DNA of 61,657 bases, the filler included, from Sphacelaria rigidula (Eukaryota): NCBI GenBank assembly GCA_964200075.2. It is 9 parts of 9 records of this genome, joined end to end, with 100 filler letters (N's around TTAATTAATTAA, not from the genome) between each part and the next. Parts side by side here need not be neighbours in the genome. Positions count along the whole stretch, not along the records: positions 20,589 to 27,350 come from CAXNAA020018204.1; positions 27,451 to 34,212 come from CAXNAA020018205.1; 7 more parts are not named here. The stretch is one strand, 5' to 3'. The notes below the pieces were generated by a model. The model was not told the DNA's origin and did no database searches. It was given only the letters and a program-made list of their open reading frames with translations. Positions 22,345 through 33,995 of this stretch are shown here, piece by piece. Position 1 is the stretch's first letter. Every line of letters begins with the position of its first letter. The translations under genes were made by a program, and so were the position numbers.

Positions 22345-25203
22345 AAATATCCTGGGAGACACTAAATGCGATGTCGAATCTTGTGCTCGGAGCCAGGAAG
22401 ATGAGGCTCCCAACCATCGCTTGGTATTTAGTTTTTTCTGACGGTTCCAGGAAGGTATCTTCAGGCGCGTCGTCGACGAGTTGAGTTGGTGTTCCCGGTG
22501 GGTGAACTGGATTGGATGACTCCATGCCGAATTTCTTGAGCATTGATTCTACGTACCTATGCTGTGACAACCTGAGAGTTCCTCGCGCTTCATCCCTGAT
22601 AACCTCTATACCAAGAATAAGAGAAACTGGCCCTAACTCGGAGATGGACTTCAGTGCATCCTAAACCTGTTGCAGTACACTGATTGGCGGTCCTGTCATC
22701 AAGACATCATCTACGTACAGAGTAAGCATCACATATCCCTCATGGGATCCTTTAGTGTAAACGCATCGGTCACTTACCGTGGCTCAAAAACCTATTTTCC
22801 GTAGCTCTGTATCCATTGTAACGTTCCACACATTTGGACTCTGGCGCAGTCCGTAGAGCGCGCGCTTAAGACGCATCACTTGTGGTTCTCCTGTTGTTGG
22901 GTCGAGCGTCTCGAAGCCAGGCGGTTGTCTGCATATTACTGTTTCCTGTAGCTTGCCGTTCAAGAAAGCAGTTTATACGTCGAGGGCAAAAATAGGCCAA
23001 TTTTTCGCAGTAGCAATTGCCAATAACAATCGCTGACTTTCTATCCTGCAAACTGGAGCGAAAGTACTCCCGCAGTCGAGTCCATGCCTCTGAGACCAAC
23101 CTTGAACCAACAACCGGGCTTTAAAACGCCCGTCTGCTTTGATTTTAAAGACCTACCTTGTACCGATGATGTTATTTTTGCTGGGAATAGAGCTGGCCGC
23201 GATGATATCGGCTACATCATGACTTTTGATACTTTGAAGTTCGTCCAGCATGGCTGCTTTCCATTTCTTCGAGTATGGTGAACTCGATGCCTGTCGATAG
23301 TTGGTGGGTACTGTAATTGACGCCGGTGGTGCAACCTGTTCAACTCCGACAGTGAAAATGTACTGACATACCATTTCCAGTGTTGCTGCAGCATGCTGAC
23401 CCCAAGAAGACATGAAGGCTAGTCGCTTTAGCTCACTGGCTTACCGTTTGTTAATAGGTCCAGGGGGATGTTGATTGGGACCGCCGGCTAAAGGTAACCT
23501 TGTTTGGGCGATTGGCGGCCCTGTAATCGGTGAATTGTCCCCCGTGGTGCTGTCCTCTAGCTGAGCTATACCATCGTAGATATTCATGTTAAAATTGTTT
23601 GTGTCGTCATAATGTTCCTTATCAACAGCAGATAAGTCGGACTCCTGGATATCCAATGTAGAAAAATCTTTATCACTGTAAGGAGCTCCTGTTACTTGTT
23701 CGATGAAAGTGATGTTTCTGGAGCTGGATAGTTTTCCCGAGTAGCGGTTGTAAATGCGGTACGATGGGCTATGGGAATCATACCCTACTAGCACTCGTTC
23801 CCAAGCCTTTTCTTCTCACTTACTGTGATGACGCTCTCTGTGCACAAACGCCCTCCGATTGTCCGCAAGGATGATAGGTTTGGTTGCATAAGAAACATGC
23901 GAAAATATGGTGTATCGCCGCCGATGCTCGTGTGCAGTAGGCGATTGATTAAAAAGACCGCAGTTGCAGCAATGTCTCCCCAAAGAAATTTCGGCAAATT
24001 CCATTCGTTCAGGAGACAACGCGTAACGTTCAAGATGCTCCGCCCGTCTCTTTCACTGGTGCCATTGTGCTGAGGAGTATGTGGACTGGTGAATTCTTGA
24101 CGGATACCCGTAGTCTTGCAGTACCTCTTAAAATAGTTCGCGATGTATTCACCCCCACGGTTTGACCGCAGACGGTGTTCACGGAGTCCTAAAGGAATAG
24201 AAAAATCTTGGATGAACCTGCAGAGCGTAGTTAGGGTCTCATCCTTCGTTTTGATGAAGTAGACTACCTTGAAACGCGAGAAGTGACCCGTAAAGTTTGC
24301 CATGTAACGGTAGCCCCCTTGCGCCGTGGGCGTAATTGGTCCTGTTGGGTCAGTGCTGACCAGTCGCAATCGTTCCGAAATGTTCGTGGAGTCTACGGGC
24401 TTTGGATGGTCCTGCTGTACACTTTTATGAAGCTTGCACGTTACACAAGGTGGCAGTGACCCCTCAAAGTTCACACCTGATTCAGGAGTATATAGTAGAC
24501 GGCGCATGACCTGCTCCGTGGGATGCCCAAGTCACCTATGCCAAATGTCTGCTCCTGTCGTGGTAGACAATGCTGTCGGTTCTGCTCCCGCTGTGGCAAA
24601 CATGGCTGCTGAAAGTCCCGGCATGTCGTGGTGAATGACTTCTGCAACAACGGCTGACCCGATCCCCGTAGATTCTCCTGACATAATTGTAGCTGTAAAT
24701 GCTGAGTTGTTATTAATATTACCCGGTTTCCGAGAAACTCTCATGCTGATGTACTTTAACGCTCCGTTGCTGTCACTGTTGATTGGCATCTGAAACTTTC
24801 CGAGGTCGATATGGGACTCGTGAGAAAATATAGTCGAAGCCCCCTTAGCAAGAGCTTGCACAGGGGAGAACAGACGCTTCCCCAAACCTGGGACAATTAC
24901 TGCTGGGAGCCGTACAGAACGTTGGTACCCCTCAGAGTCGATGACCACGGTGTTCAGAACTCCTGTTGCTGTACCATGTAGCAGATGGCGTCCCGCTGTT
25001 AAAATAGTCATCGGTGGATCGAGTTTGACCAGCTCGACCATTTCACGTTCGATATCGGGTAGCAACTGATCATCCCAGAAGTGTCCAGTGCTGCCGCTAT
25101 CCACGGTCAACTGAAAATAAATTTGATCGGATGTATCAGTGATATATGAACCAGACAGAAAAGAAAATCCCACACCGTTTGGTGGGGAAGATGGATCTAT
25201 CAC
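22345..25203 (-). pseudogene. pol: Copia pol: protease, integrase, RT (stops and frameshifts)
   Basis: VDSGSTGH; WHR*LGHP...CVTCKLHK; LRSNRGGEY, TSPHTPQHNGTSER; LVGYDSHSPSYRIY; WKAAMLDELQSI; LYGLRQSP, LYVDDV, SQHRYVESMLKKFGM, YQAMVGSLIFL. Confidence 0.93.
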
Positions 25204-26552
25204 TGTCGCAGCTGTTCATGAAGAAGCTTATAGACCGTTGTTGTTCGATGGTGCGGTTGTAGACGCTGGATCGGCGACGGCTGTGTTGGCTTGGCGTTGA
25301 TGTCCGTTGGAGCTGTTGGTGTTGTGGTTGCTCCTACTGTTGCTGCTGCTGCTGTTGTCAGGGTTGTTATTCGATGGCGGGGGTTTCTACGACGATTATG
25401 GTTATTGCTGTTGTTTCCAGCGTTGTTGGCCGCATCCCCGCGGTTCTGTTGAGATCTACATTCAGTATCGTCATGTTTGTCAGTATGATGGAAACTGCAC
25501 CATTTCACAGGCCTGTTCCCATTGTTTGACTGCATTTGGGAGCGACAGTCTCTGGCCTGATGTCCTGGTATCCCGCAGGTGTAGCAATTCCCACGGAATT
25601 TCCGGGGTTGATTCAAAGAATTCGACAGTGATGTCACCAGCAGTGATGAATCGCGGCCATGCGATTTCCCGGAGGTATATCTCCGCGCCATGCGATTAGC
25701 ATACATATTTTGCATTGTTGTTTCAATGCTCTGAATACTGAGATCTGGATCACGCTCTGCATTGCACTTGATGAGGTCATACTCGCTTGTTAAACCTTCG
25801 ATCACTATGTCAGTCAGCCTTTCTTCGGAAATGGCCTCGCCAACGTTGTCCAGTTCATCCCGAAGCTGATACACTTTGCTCAAGAAAGTATCAAGGTCTT
25901 GCCCTGGTGACATGGAGACGTTGTTGAGTTCTCTCATCAAGATCCTGATTCTCTGCTTCGAAGAATTCTGATACTTGGAAATCAAAGCTTCCCATGCACG
26001 TTTGCCGTTTGGTCTCTCTGAACTCCTCGGCTGGAAAGGCAACAAATAGTTCGCAGCAGGACCAGTTGTAGACAGTTACAAAACGTGGAACATTTGTTGA
26101 TTGCACCGGTCCCAACTCTCTATCTCACGCGTGTTAGAAATCTGCCTTACATGTGACACCACGCTTGGAGAACGAGATTCTCGTGTAGAATTATGGTCTT
26201 CTTCGGTAGGTCCAGTCCCATCCACCGCTGCGATCGTCCCGTCCCCAGCGGTTGCCTCCACCGATAAGAAATACGGTCGAACGGACGACTGCTGGCGAGT
26301 GGTTTGAGAACGAATTGTAGGAGGGCTGGGTCTTGTGGCAGCTGGTTGTGGCAGATCTACCTCATAAAAGTCTTCTTCGAGTTCCGCGGGGCGTTCGACC
26401 CCGTTGAGGATATCCGCAAGCCCCGGATGAGTTGAAGAAATGATAGCGCGCGTGGAGCGCATCCACTTGACGGACTTTGTACCGTCGAACTTGTTGATGC
26501 TCTTGATGAGCTGAGCTACAGATGGCTCCCCCGATATATTCATCTGCCTCAC
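25200..26552 (-). pseudogene. gag: Copia gag (frameshift near 26060)
   Basis: KFDGT..W, NGKRAWEALISKY, VIEGLTSEYD, zinc knuckle CYTCGIPGHQARDC. Confidence 0.9.
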
Positions 26553-26758
26553 GTTTCTAATAAAACTATTCTCTTCACACCTGCAGATCGTTTGGAACGA
26601 TCAGGGTTCTTGGACTCTTGATTGTCGCTGCTGTAGCGACCTTGATGTGACACCTCCTTGCTCGTGCTGACCGATGTGATCTCGAACCGAAGGCTGATGA
26701 CCTGAAGACCTATGTGGTCGCGAATCGAAGGCACCTGTTAGCCTATGTGGTCGCGAAC

Positions 26759-26772
26759 CGAGGCTGATAACC
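26759..26772 (-). promoter_or_regulatory. Copia primer-binding site GGTTATCAGCCTCG (half-tRNA-iMet type)
   Basis: Directly abuts the LTR end ...TTCCAACA; 13/14 complementary to 55051-55064. Confidence 0.85.
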
Positions 26773-27061
26773 TGTTGGAAATTATTCGCTGGCACGGCAC
26801 TGTCTCACTGGACAGTTGAGCAGAGGCTTGCACTGTAGCGGTAAAGCTACTTCCGAGGAGCAGTGTAGTGAAAGCAAGATGGTGTAGTTCGGCGCTTTTG
26901 GCCTAAATTGTCAAACAGCCTCTTTTGCAAGAGAGAGCAGTTGAAGCAAAACAGGGTTGCTGGGGAGAGTGAGAAGCGATGGCGAGCGAGAGCGAGCCTA
27001 AACACTTTCCACTCTCTGGAGAAGAACCAATGCTGTACGCAAACCAAAATATCTTAAAACA
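26773..27061 (-). repeat. Copia 5' LTR (outer boundary uncertain)
   Basis: Inner end fixed by CA|PBS; outer TGTT candidate at 27061; no partner LTR to confirm it. Confidence 0.6.
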
Positions 27062-27087
27062 TACTCTAGTTTACCATGAAAAAGGTA

Positions 27088-27350
27088 CAGTGGAGTGATG
27101 CTATGGTAGGGGTACACATATAATTTCTGAGGTCAGAATTGTTAGGAGCCCTTAAGCTCATCCCAAGCACGACTTATGAAAATATGCGAGAGTACGCTAG
27201 GACTTCTATGCCAATGTGTTGGGGATATCCCAAATGCAATTGCAAACGGGAATGCCCTGACCCATATCATTGTGCGTCTAGAATCGTTAGGAGCCCCTGA
27301 AGCAGACAAAATTTCGCGAAAAAAGTGCACCCCTACCGTAGCATTGCTCA
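27088..27350. mobile_element. Tc1/mariner-type MITE, cut by the contig end
   Basis: TA|CAGTGGAGTGATGCTATGGTAGGGGTACAC inverted to GTGCACCCCTACCGTAGCATTGCTC. Confidence 0.7.
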
Positions 27351-27758
27351 NNNNNNNNNNNNNNNNNNNNNNNNNNNNNNNNNNNNNNNNNNNNTTAATT
27401 AATTAANNNNNNNNNNNNNNNNNNNNNNNNNNNNNNNNNNNNNNNNNNNNGGTGTGGGGGGTGTGTGTGGGGGGGGGGGGGGTGGTGGGGGGGGGGAGGG
27501 GGGGTGTTTCGGGGAGGCTCCTCGTTGATGGCTACGAAGAATACTACATATTATTTACAAATAAATGTGGCAGAGGTGACATATACATTGCTTGGCATGG
27601 TTGGAATGGGTGTTCGAGCCGGTCTGCGGCATAGTGGGGGCGTATTTTTCTTTGATGTGCTATGGAAGGTGAAGATGGAGTGTGTGGGAGAGGGGAGGGC
27701 TTCAGTTGATGGCCATATACAGTATACGCATGTCAGACGCGTCACGTACGATGCCTCT

Positions 27759-28012
27759 TGTAGCCTCTGCCAGACGATGTGGACAAGAGTATTCACCAAG
27801 GACTCCTCCAGTAGCGCTGGCCTCGTGCTCAACAAGTCGTTTATTCTCACTTCTTATTATCACGGAGTGATCCTCAACAGGCCATATCACAAGCCAGCAG
27901 CAAGGAGCCACACAGAAAAGGGCCATCAATCCAGGATCCCCTGTCCCCTGCTACTGCTCCAATCATGCATGCAATTATACTGAAACGTACGGCTTCGTAT
28001 CATTTGGCTACA
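27759..28012 (-). repeat. Gypsy 3' LTR (254 bp)
   Basis: Direct repeat of 32527-32782, preceded on the minus strand by a short G-rich tract GGGGGTGC. Confidence 0.95.
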
Positions 28013-28090
28013 GCACCCCCAAAGCGAATTCAAGACAAAAGAACGAGCTTGACAACCAACAAAAACCAAGGCGAAATCGCATGCGCCAGA

Positions 28091-29727
28091 TCACGAAGAA
28101 ATACCATACTCCGACGCTACTTTACTGGTCAGCCCCCGAGTCAATCGCCTTTTACGCAGTTCCTTCAAAACAAATTCAGGCGCAGAGGAATGAATCTTGC
28201 GAAGAGACTCCCACGTCCGTTCTTCAGCACCAAACCCTTCCCAATCGACCAAAACAATGGCATCACCATTGTCATCCTCAGCGACGTGCACCAAGCATTC
28301 ATCCGACATTTACCCTGAGCATACAAATGCTGAAATACATCTTTTAGTTCCGCAGTGATGCGCAACTGCGAGTCAGCATAGAATCGTAAACGGGCGACAT
28401 AGGCCGAGTGCACGGCACCAGAGACAATGTTCTGCACCGAATACACGTGAGCGTGATCAGCTCCGACCACTCGCCACGGACCTGTCCACGTGGACATCAA
28501 CTTTGGCGTCACACCTTGCCTCCGAACACGGGAATACAATACGAAATTGCCAACTGCAAACTTGGGCAACACAGCCTGGCCCTGAGCAAGCTTGCGTTTG
28601 GTTTCGCGAGACACGGCGACAGCAGCTTGCACTTCGTTACAAAATTGCACTTGCTCGTCAGCCACGCCTCGAACCTTGTCACGCAACGAATCAGCATCCA
28701 TGACATCGACGTCCCACTCGCCGCCAGTGACAGAAGCCAGCGCGGAAAACGCTGTACGCGGCGTACGCCCAAACATCACCCAATACGGAGTGTTACGGTA
28801 GCGTTCACGAAAATAATTATTCAACGCGCAATGAGCGGCTGGTAGAACATCAACCCATTCAGACACCGGCCGTCGCTGTTCCAACAAAATAGACCGCAAC
28901 GCACGAATAACCTCTTTCACCATGCGTTCACAAGCACCATTCGGCCAAGGGACATACGCAACGGCAAATTGGTGTTGCACCTTCAGCGCATCGCTCAGCT
29001 GCGCGATCACCCGATTCTTGAAGTGCTTGGCGGTATCACTAACCCAAACACGCGGCACCCTTAAAGTCTTGCACCAATGAAGCAAGTGCTCAGCCGTAAC
29101 CTCGGCGGTGCAAGCCTCTGTCGGCTCCAAGCAAACGAAATTCGACAAATCATTCATGATCACCGAAATGGACCGAAATTCATCCTCCTCAGGCAGACCA
29201 CTAGCACCTTCAGGTCCGCTACTTCCGACGTACGGAAAATCAAAGTGAACAACTTCACCTGGCGTAGAACCATGCACAGTATCGCCGAACAGGCGCGGTA
29301 CAATCTCACCAGCACGAGTGTCTACACAATGCAAACACTGGCGAGCGAACTCGCGGACGTGGGAATCCATGTTAGGTCACACACAGTATTCTTTCAGACG
29401 AAACAGAGTCGGCGCCACACCACGGTGACCAGCCGATCGCATGTGAGCGCACACCATCAAGCGAGTTTGTACAGTCTCATCATCCGACGGGATCCACAAA
29501 ACATCACTACCGCCAACACGCACGCGAAACAAACCATCGTCAGCCATAGTAGCTTGGCCGAAAGTCGTAGGAAAATAATGAAGACCGTCGCCGACTGTTT
29601 TGCGCTGTGCGGTACGAATTACATCTAACGAGGACAGCGAATCATCGGCATCACATAGGCTGTACACGGCAATACAACGAATAGGCACGGTAGGAATCTT
29701 CACCCAGCGAGACAACAAATCTCCCAA
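28091..29727 (-). pseudogene. pol: Gypsy integrase with C-terminal chromodomain
   Basis: HMRSAGH...CLHC zinc finger, VHFDF, WVSDTAKHF, NGACERMVKE, WTGPW; chromodomain VLVDWEGFGAEERTWE in the shifted frame 28091-28309. Confidence 0.92.
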
Positions 29728-29733
29728 ACAAAT

Positions 29734-29841
29734 AACAACAAATTGTGCGAATTAAGGTTTAACTCCGAGATGAGGTTCAAGCCTAAAACAGTGCTTTCCC
29801 CAATCTCGGAGTTAAACCTCAATTCGCACAACTTGTTGTTG
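29734..29841. mobile_element. 108-bp MITE inserted in the gypsy RNase H C-terminus
   Basis: ~38-bp TIRs AACAACAAATTGTGCGAATTAAGGTTTAACTCCGAGAT; AAT TSD; splits the motif HIPGER|...GDLLSRW. Confidence 0.88.
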
Positions 29842-29844
29842 AAT

Positions 29845-30410
29845 GCGCTCTCCAGGAATGTGTTCACTGACATGCCGATATTGTTGTTGGGCTCCCAGCA
29901 ACTCCCGCATGTCTTCTTGGCTTGGTATCACTCCCGGAGAATGTTCCACTTGCGCGTTCACCGCCTGATAGTCGCTGACCAAACGGACTGTGTCCCTCTT
30001 CGGCACCGCCATCGCCGGACTCGCCCACACAGCCTGAATATTCCTAACCAACAAACCAAATTTCACCAAAACCGCCATGCAGAAGCAAGCCACCCGGTCT
30101 TCACCGGATCGTAGCGTCTGGGCTTGGCCTTCATCGCATTTGCCTGGGGCTTAAGCTGCACCCTCATGTGCTCAACGCGCGCTGGCGGATCACCACGCAG
30201 CGCACGGCGAAATGTATCTACGCGATGAGCCAAAATATCGCGCAGACAATGTGCGCCATCGGCGCTCAGGCCCTTCTGCTCGGCCTGCCGCACACTATCC
30301 TCAAGCGCACGCTCCCGTGCACCTCTCTCCTCTGCTGCGTCCATGAACATATCAGGCCCCCGATCGACCAAGCGCTCTACCGCTCCATCATCAGGAGCCT
30401 CCTTCTTCAT
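29845..30410 (-). pseudogene. RT N-terminal fragment fused to the RNase H C-terminus
   Basis: WASPAMAVPK...RLVSDYQAVN...ELLGA joins directly to QQYRHVSEHIPGE. Confidence 0.85.
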
Positions 30411-32106
30411 TTTCGCTCTGGAATGACCGTATGGATACGATCACACGCCTTGCAGCAAGGTAATTGGGGTTTTCCACGCCGGTTTGCACCGGCACAGCAC
30501 GCGGACGTAACCTCTCCAACGCCAACGGATACAGATCAATCCTATGTTCCTTGATTGTCGCCATCCCAAATAGAACCACATTGTCCCTACCGGGCATGAC
30601 AGCGACAGCAATGGGCTTCAACTGCACAGCCCCCCATGGAGTACGCAAGCTAACAGCAATTGGCACTGTTTTGTGTGTAAGCGTCACGGGAGCACCCGTG
30701 GCGGTCTGCGCCGTTTGCGGTCCGTTTTCAAACGGAATTTGAAGCTGGGTGCCGCCAAACTGCGAAGAAATTTGCTCAAGCAGCTCCACACCGATCGACG
30801 CGAGAGCGGACCCAGAATCCAGAATAACGCGGGCCATGAACGGACCTACAGAACCAGGTAAGGCTAAACCTGCGCGTAAGCATTCACCCTTGCGATCGAC
30901 AGGTACCACGCCTGCCAAATAGCCCTGTTCTGTCCCAAGAGTCACCTGACGCCAGGGCTGCCCTCCAGCACTTGACATCGATAGCTGCGAATCGTCGGTC
31001 CAATCAGACCACGTCGCCGAATATGCAGACGGCGCTGTTACAGCCGTCGCAGCCGTAGGGAATGCACGAGACACGGATCCTGCCTGGCCGATGGGTAGCG
31101 AGCTATTTTCTCCAGTACTCCCAACCGAAGTATTGGCATTTCCCACGTACACTGTCCGCTCCGTTACGGACGAACCATGAGATCCAGAGTCACCACCTGA
31201 TGACGTAGTGGAAGAGACAGCAGTGGAGGTACCACCATCCACCGCCGATTGCTTGCTACCGCGCCCGCCGCGCCCGCGTCCCTGATTGGCACGGCCCTGT
31301 CCACCGTGACGACCGCCCCGAGATCCTGATAAATCTCGTGCATTGCCCTGTGCAGCGCCTTGAGCGCGAGGCTTGGGGCAGTCCTCGATCATATGTCCGG
31401 TGTCGCTGCAGTTGTAACATGCGCGAGTGTACGACTCTCGCGAAGACGGTTGCTGTTGTTGTTGCTGTTGTTGTTGCTGTTTGCGGCGCATACCACCTGT
31501 ACTTGTTGCAGAGTCGCGCCGGCCATGTGCTTCAATGAACTTCCACTGGTCGGCCGCCTCAAATATTTGTTTGAACACTACCGTCGGGTTCTTCTTCCAG
31601 CCGTCAAGATACGCTAGTACACTTCTAACATGCTCCTTGAATTCCGGGGGCGAAATCCCGTCCACCGAAGCTGTGGAAACCGACTCGGCCGGGCCAGGCA
31701 ACCAACTCCTGTCTTCCGCACGGTACATTGCTTGAACCATCGGATTTTCAGCAAAAAACTGCTCCACGTCTGAGCTAACCATCATAGCACGATCCTTCAC
31801 AGACTTTCCATCGCTCTGCTTCATTGTAACTACCCTACGCAGATCTTCTGCAGCCCGCGTAGCGCCATGCTTTCCACCGGTTGTAGTATACCCGGCATGC
31901 TGCTTCACAGCATCAAGCAACTCGTCGGGGGTCATAGCTCGACCGTCCTTGTACATGTCTTCGAAGCAGCGGTGGATGTATAGAGAGATAAGTTGACCTA
32001 TGCTCCCCCTCTCATGCCGTATGATTCCTTCGGAATTCACAAGACTCCACCGCTGTATGTATTTAACGTATCTTGCGAAAAAAACCGTGATGCTTCCTCG
32101 GTCCAT
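30391..32106 (-). CDS. gag: Gypsy Gag-protease (571-aa open frame)
   Basis: Zinc knuckle CYNCSDTGHMIEDC, polyQ, protease ILDSGS and VVLFG. Confidence 0.88.
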   Translation of the reverse strand: MDRGSITVFFARYVKYIQRWSLVNSEGIIRHERGSIGQLISLYIHRCFEDMYKDGRAMTPDELLDAVKQHAGYTTTGGKHGATRAAEDLRRVVTMKQSDGKSVKDRAMMVSSDVEQFFAENPMVQAMYRAEDRSWLPGPAESVSTASVDGISPPEFKEHVRSVLAYLDGWKKNPTVVFKQIFEAADQWKFIEAHGRRDSATSTGGMRRKQQQQQQQQQQPSSRESYTRACYNCSDTGHMIEDCPKPRAQGAAQGNARDLSGSRGGRHGGQGRANQGRGRGGRGSKQSAVDGGTSTAVSSTTSSGGDSGSHGSSVTERTVYVGNANTSVGSTGENSSLPIGQAGSVSRAFPTAATAVTAPSAYSATWSDWTDDSQLSMSSAGGQPWRQVTLGTEQGYLAGVVPVDRKGECLRAGLALPGSVGPFMARVILDSGSALASIGVELLEQISSQFGGTQLQIPFENGPQTAQTATGAPVTLTHKTVPIAVSLRTPWGAVQLKPIAVAVMPGRDNVVLFGMATIKEHRIDLYPLALERLRPRAVPVQTGVENPNYLAARRVIVSIRSFQSENEEGGS

Positions 32107-32526
32107 ACTTCACCATGCTTTGGCGGTTGTAGTGGCTCACCTGACACCAGCGGCGCTGCCGCCGCTTGAGCCATGGCATCTATACTTCAAACGCTTCACG
32201 GAAAGACTCTTGCCTGACTTGTGCGCCCTCTAGCTCACGGAGTATCCCCCTCTGCAGTGCGCTTCAAGCTGGTCTCCTCCTATGTGCGGGCTGAACTGGC
32301 TCTATAAGCTGCTGTTCAACTTTTCTCCTCAGCTAAGACTCCTCGCGTCGTGATAATGACTGGTTCCATGACGGAGCAATCATGTCCCGTTTTTATCAGG
32401 GAAAAAAACACAACATAATTTCATGAAATGCCATGGGTTTGTTACATATATATTTCTTTAATATCTTTTTTGTCTCGTGATTTCCAGTGCGTTTTGCAAC
32501 AGAGGGCCGGAAGAATATCTAGATAT

Positions 32527-32782
32527 TGTAGCCTCTGCCAGACGATCTGGACAAGCGGACTATTCACCAAGGACTCCTCCAGTAGCACTGGCCTCGTGCT
32601 CAACAAGTCCTTATTCTCACGTCTTATTTTCACGGAGTTATCCTCAACAGGCCACATCACAAGCCAACAGCAAGGAGCCACACAGATAAGGGCCATCAAT
32701 CCAGGATCCCCTGTCCCCTGCTACTGCTCCAACCATGCATGCGATTATACTGAAACCTACGGCTTGATATCATTTGGCTACA
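32527..32782 (-). repeat. Gypsy 5' LTR (256 bp)
   Basis: Direct repeat of 27759-28012 with roughly 15-20 differences counted by eye. Confidence 0.95.
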
Positions 32783-33239
32783 CTCTGAATAGGTTGATTG
32801 GGTATATACGGCATGGTGTTCAGTATACATATACTGTGGAAGCTATTCATTTCTCTTTTTTGTTGTACGCGAAGATGTGGGGAGGCGTCTGGCATGGTGG
32901 ATGAGCACGATAGACCCCTCTCTATATATAGAACACGTGGCCTGTCAATGGTTCGAATGGATCTACGGGATAATCTTGTGTACGATTCGCGACTTGTTGG
33001 AAGTTTTACTCAAGACCGAGTGCAGAACCTTGCTTACCCGCAAAGGATCGTACTGAGGCCGGCGTCTGCCCCTTTTCTCTGGGAGGGGGGGGGCATATTT
33101 ATATGTTCGTGTTCTGTCCTTGAAGCGGCAGGATCAGTTGATGCAAAAGCAGGAAGCATACACGATATGATAAACTGCAAGGAGTATTTATCATTGACCC
33201 CAACGGGTTGGACACATTGACACCTGTCCAAATGCGGGG

Positions 33240-33347
33240 CCTTGTGCAAGGTACCTTGCGCAACCTTGTGCAACCTACCTTGCAGGACCTTGTGCAAGGT
33301 ACCTTACGGACCTTTCAGGACCTTGTGCAAGGTAACTTGCGCAACCT
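33240..33347. repeat. 24-bp minisatellite CCTTGTGCAAGGTACCTTGCGCAA (~4 copies)
   Basis: Seen directly. Confidence 0.85.
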
Positions 33348-33620
33348 GACACATTCTCAAAGGTGGATAACTTACCCTGCCTGGCCAGGTTGCGCAACGT
33401 GCCTGCAAGGTCCTGAAGCCTGCCCCCAGTGGCCACGTGTGTAGCTACAGCACATGAGAGCGGACGTGAGTGTGTTTGTGCTGCAGTACAGTGAAACAAG
33501 ACATGTCCCATGTTTTAGTCTTTGACTGGCTTTAAACGGGTCCTGAGTGTTTGCCGGGTGCCGATCTTGAACGCTCGGCCATATTCGCGCTTCCCGCAAA
33601 TAATTTAATTTACTACAAAG

Positions 33621-33995
33621 TCATCCCCATGTATGGGTCCTGTGCCGAAAATACTGCTGCACGGTCTCCGGACCGTAATCCAGCCCGATATCTTCCAGCT
33701 GATCGGACACCTGCTGCTGGAGCGTGAATAACCGATTCTGCTTGTTGACGTTCTTCAGCGCCGGAACGTTTGTTGGCCCCAGGAGCGACGGGCGTCCAGT
33801 CCTTGTGTTGTTCGAAATGTCGACCTCCTGAGTAGCGTTGATCTGGGCTTTGGCGTTTTTCCACAATGTCGTCAGGTACTCGGGAACAATACCGTAGCGT
33901 TCGCAAATTAGCCCCAGCGAGCCCTTGGGCACCCTCACCTTGCCCGGTGGAATAGCGAGCGCAACCTTAATCGCAATCGCATACTGTAGCGTTGA
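33621..33995 (-). pseudogene. Tc1/mariner-like transposase N-terminal HTH fragment
   Basis: GSLGLICERYGI...LWKNAKAQ...DISNNTRTGRPSLL: HTH followed by a GRPR-like linker; no DDE/D domain follows. Confidence 0.6.

Larger units (their letters stand above)
22345..27061 (-). mobile_element. Ty1/copia LTR retrotransposon, degenerate, 3'-truncated
   Basis: LTR-PBS-gag-PR-IN-RT order; no RNase H or 3' LTR found in the contig. Confidence 0.93.
27759..32782 (-). mobile_element. Ty3/gypsy chromodomain LTR retrotransposon, both LTRs, internally deleted
   Basis: LTRs TGTAGCC..GGCTACA; CTCT TSD at 27755-27758 and 32783-32786; gag-PR-(RT/RH remnants)-IN-chromodomain. Confidence 0.95.
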
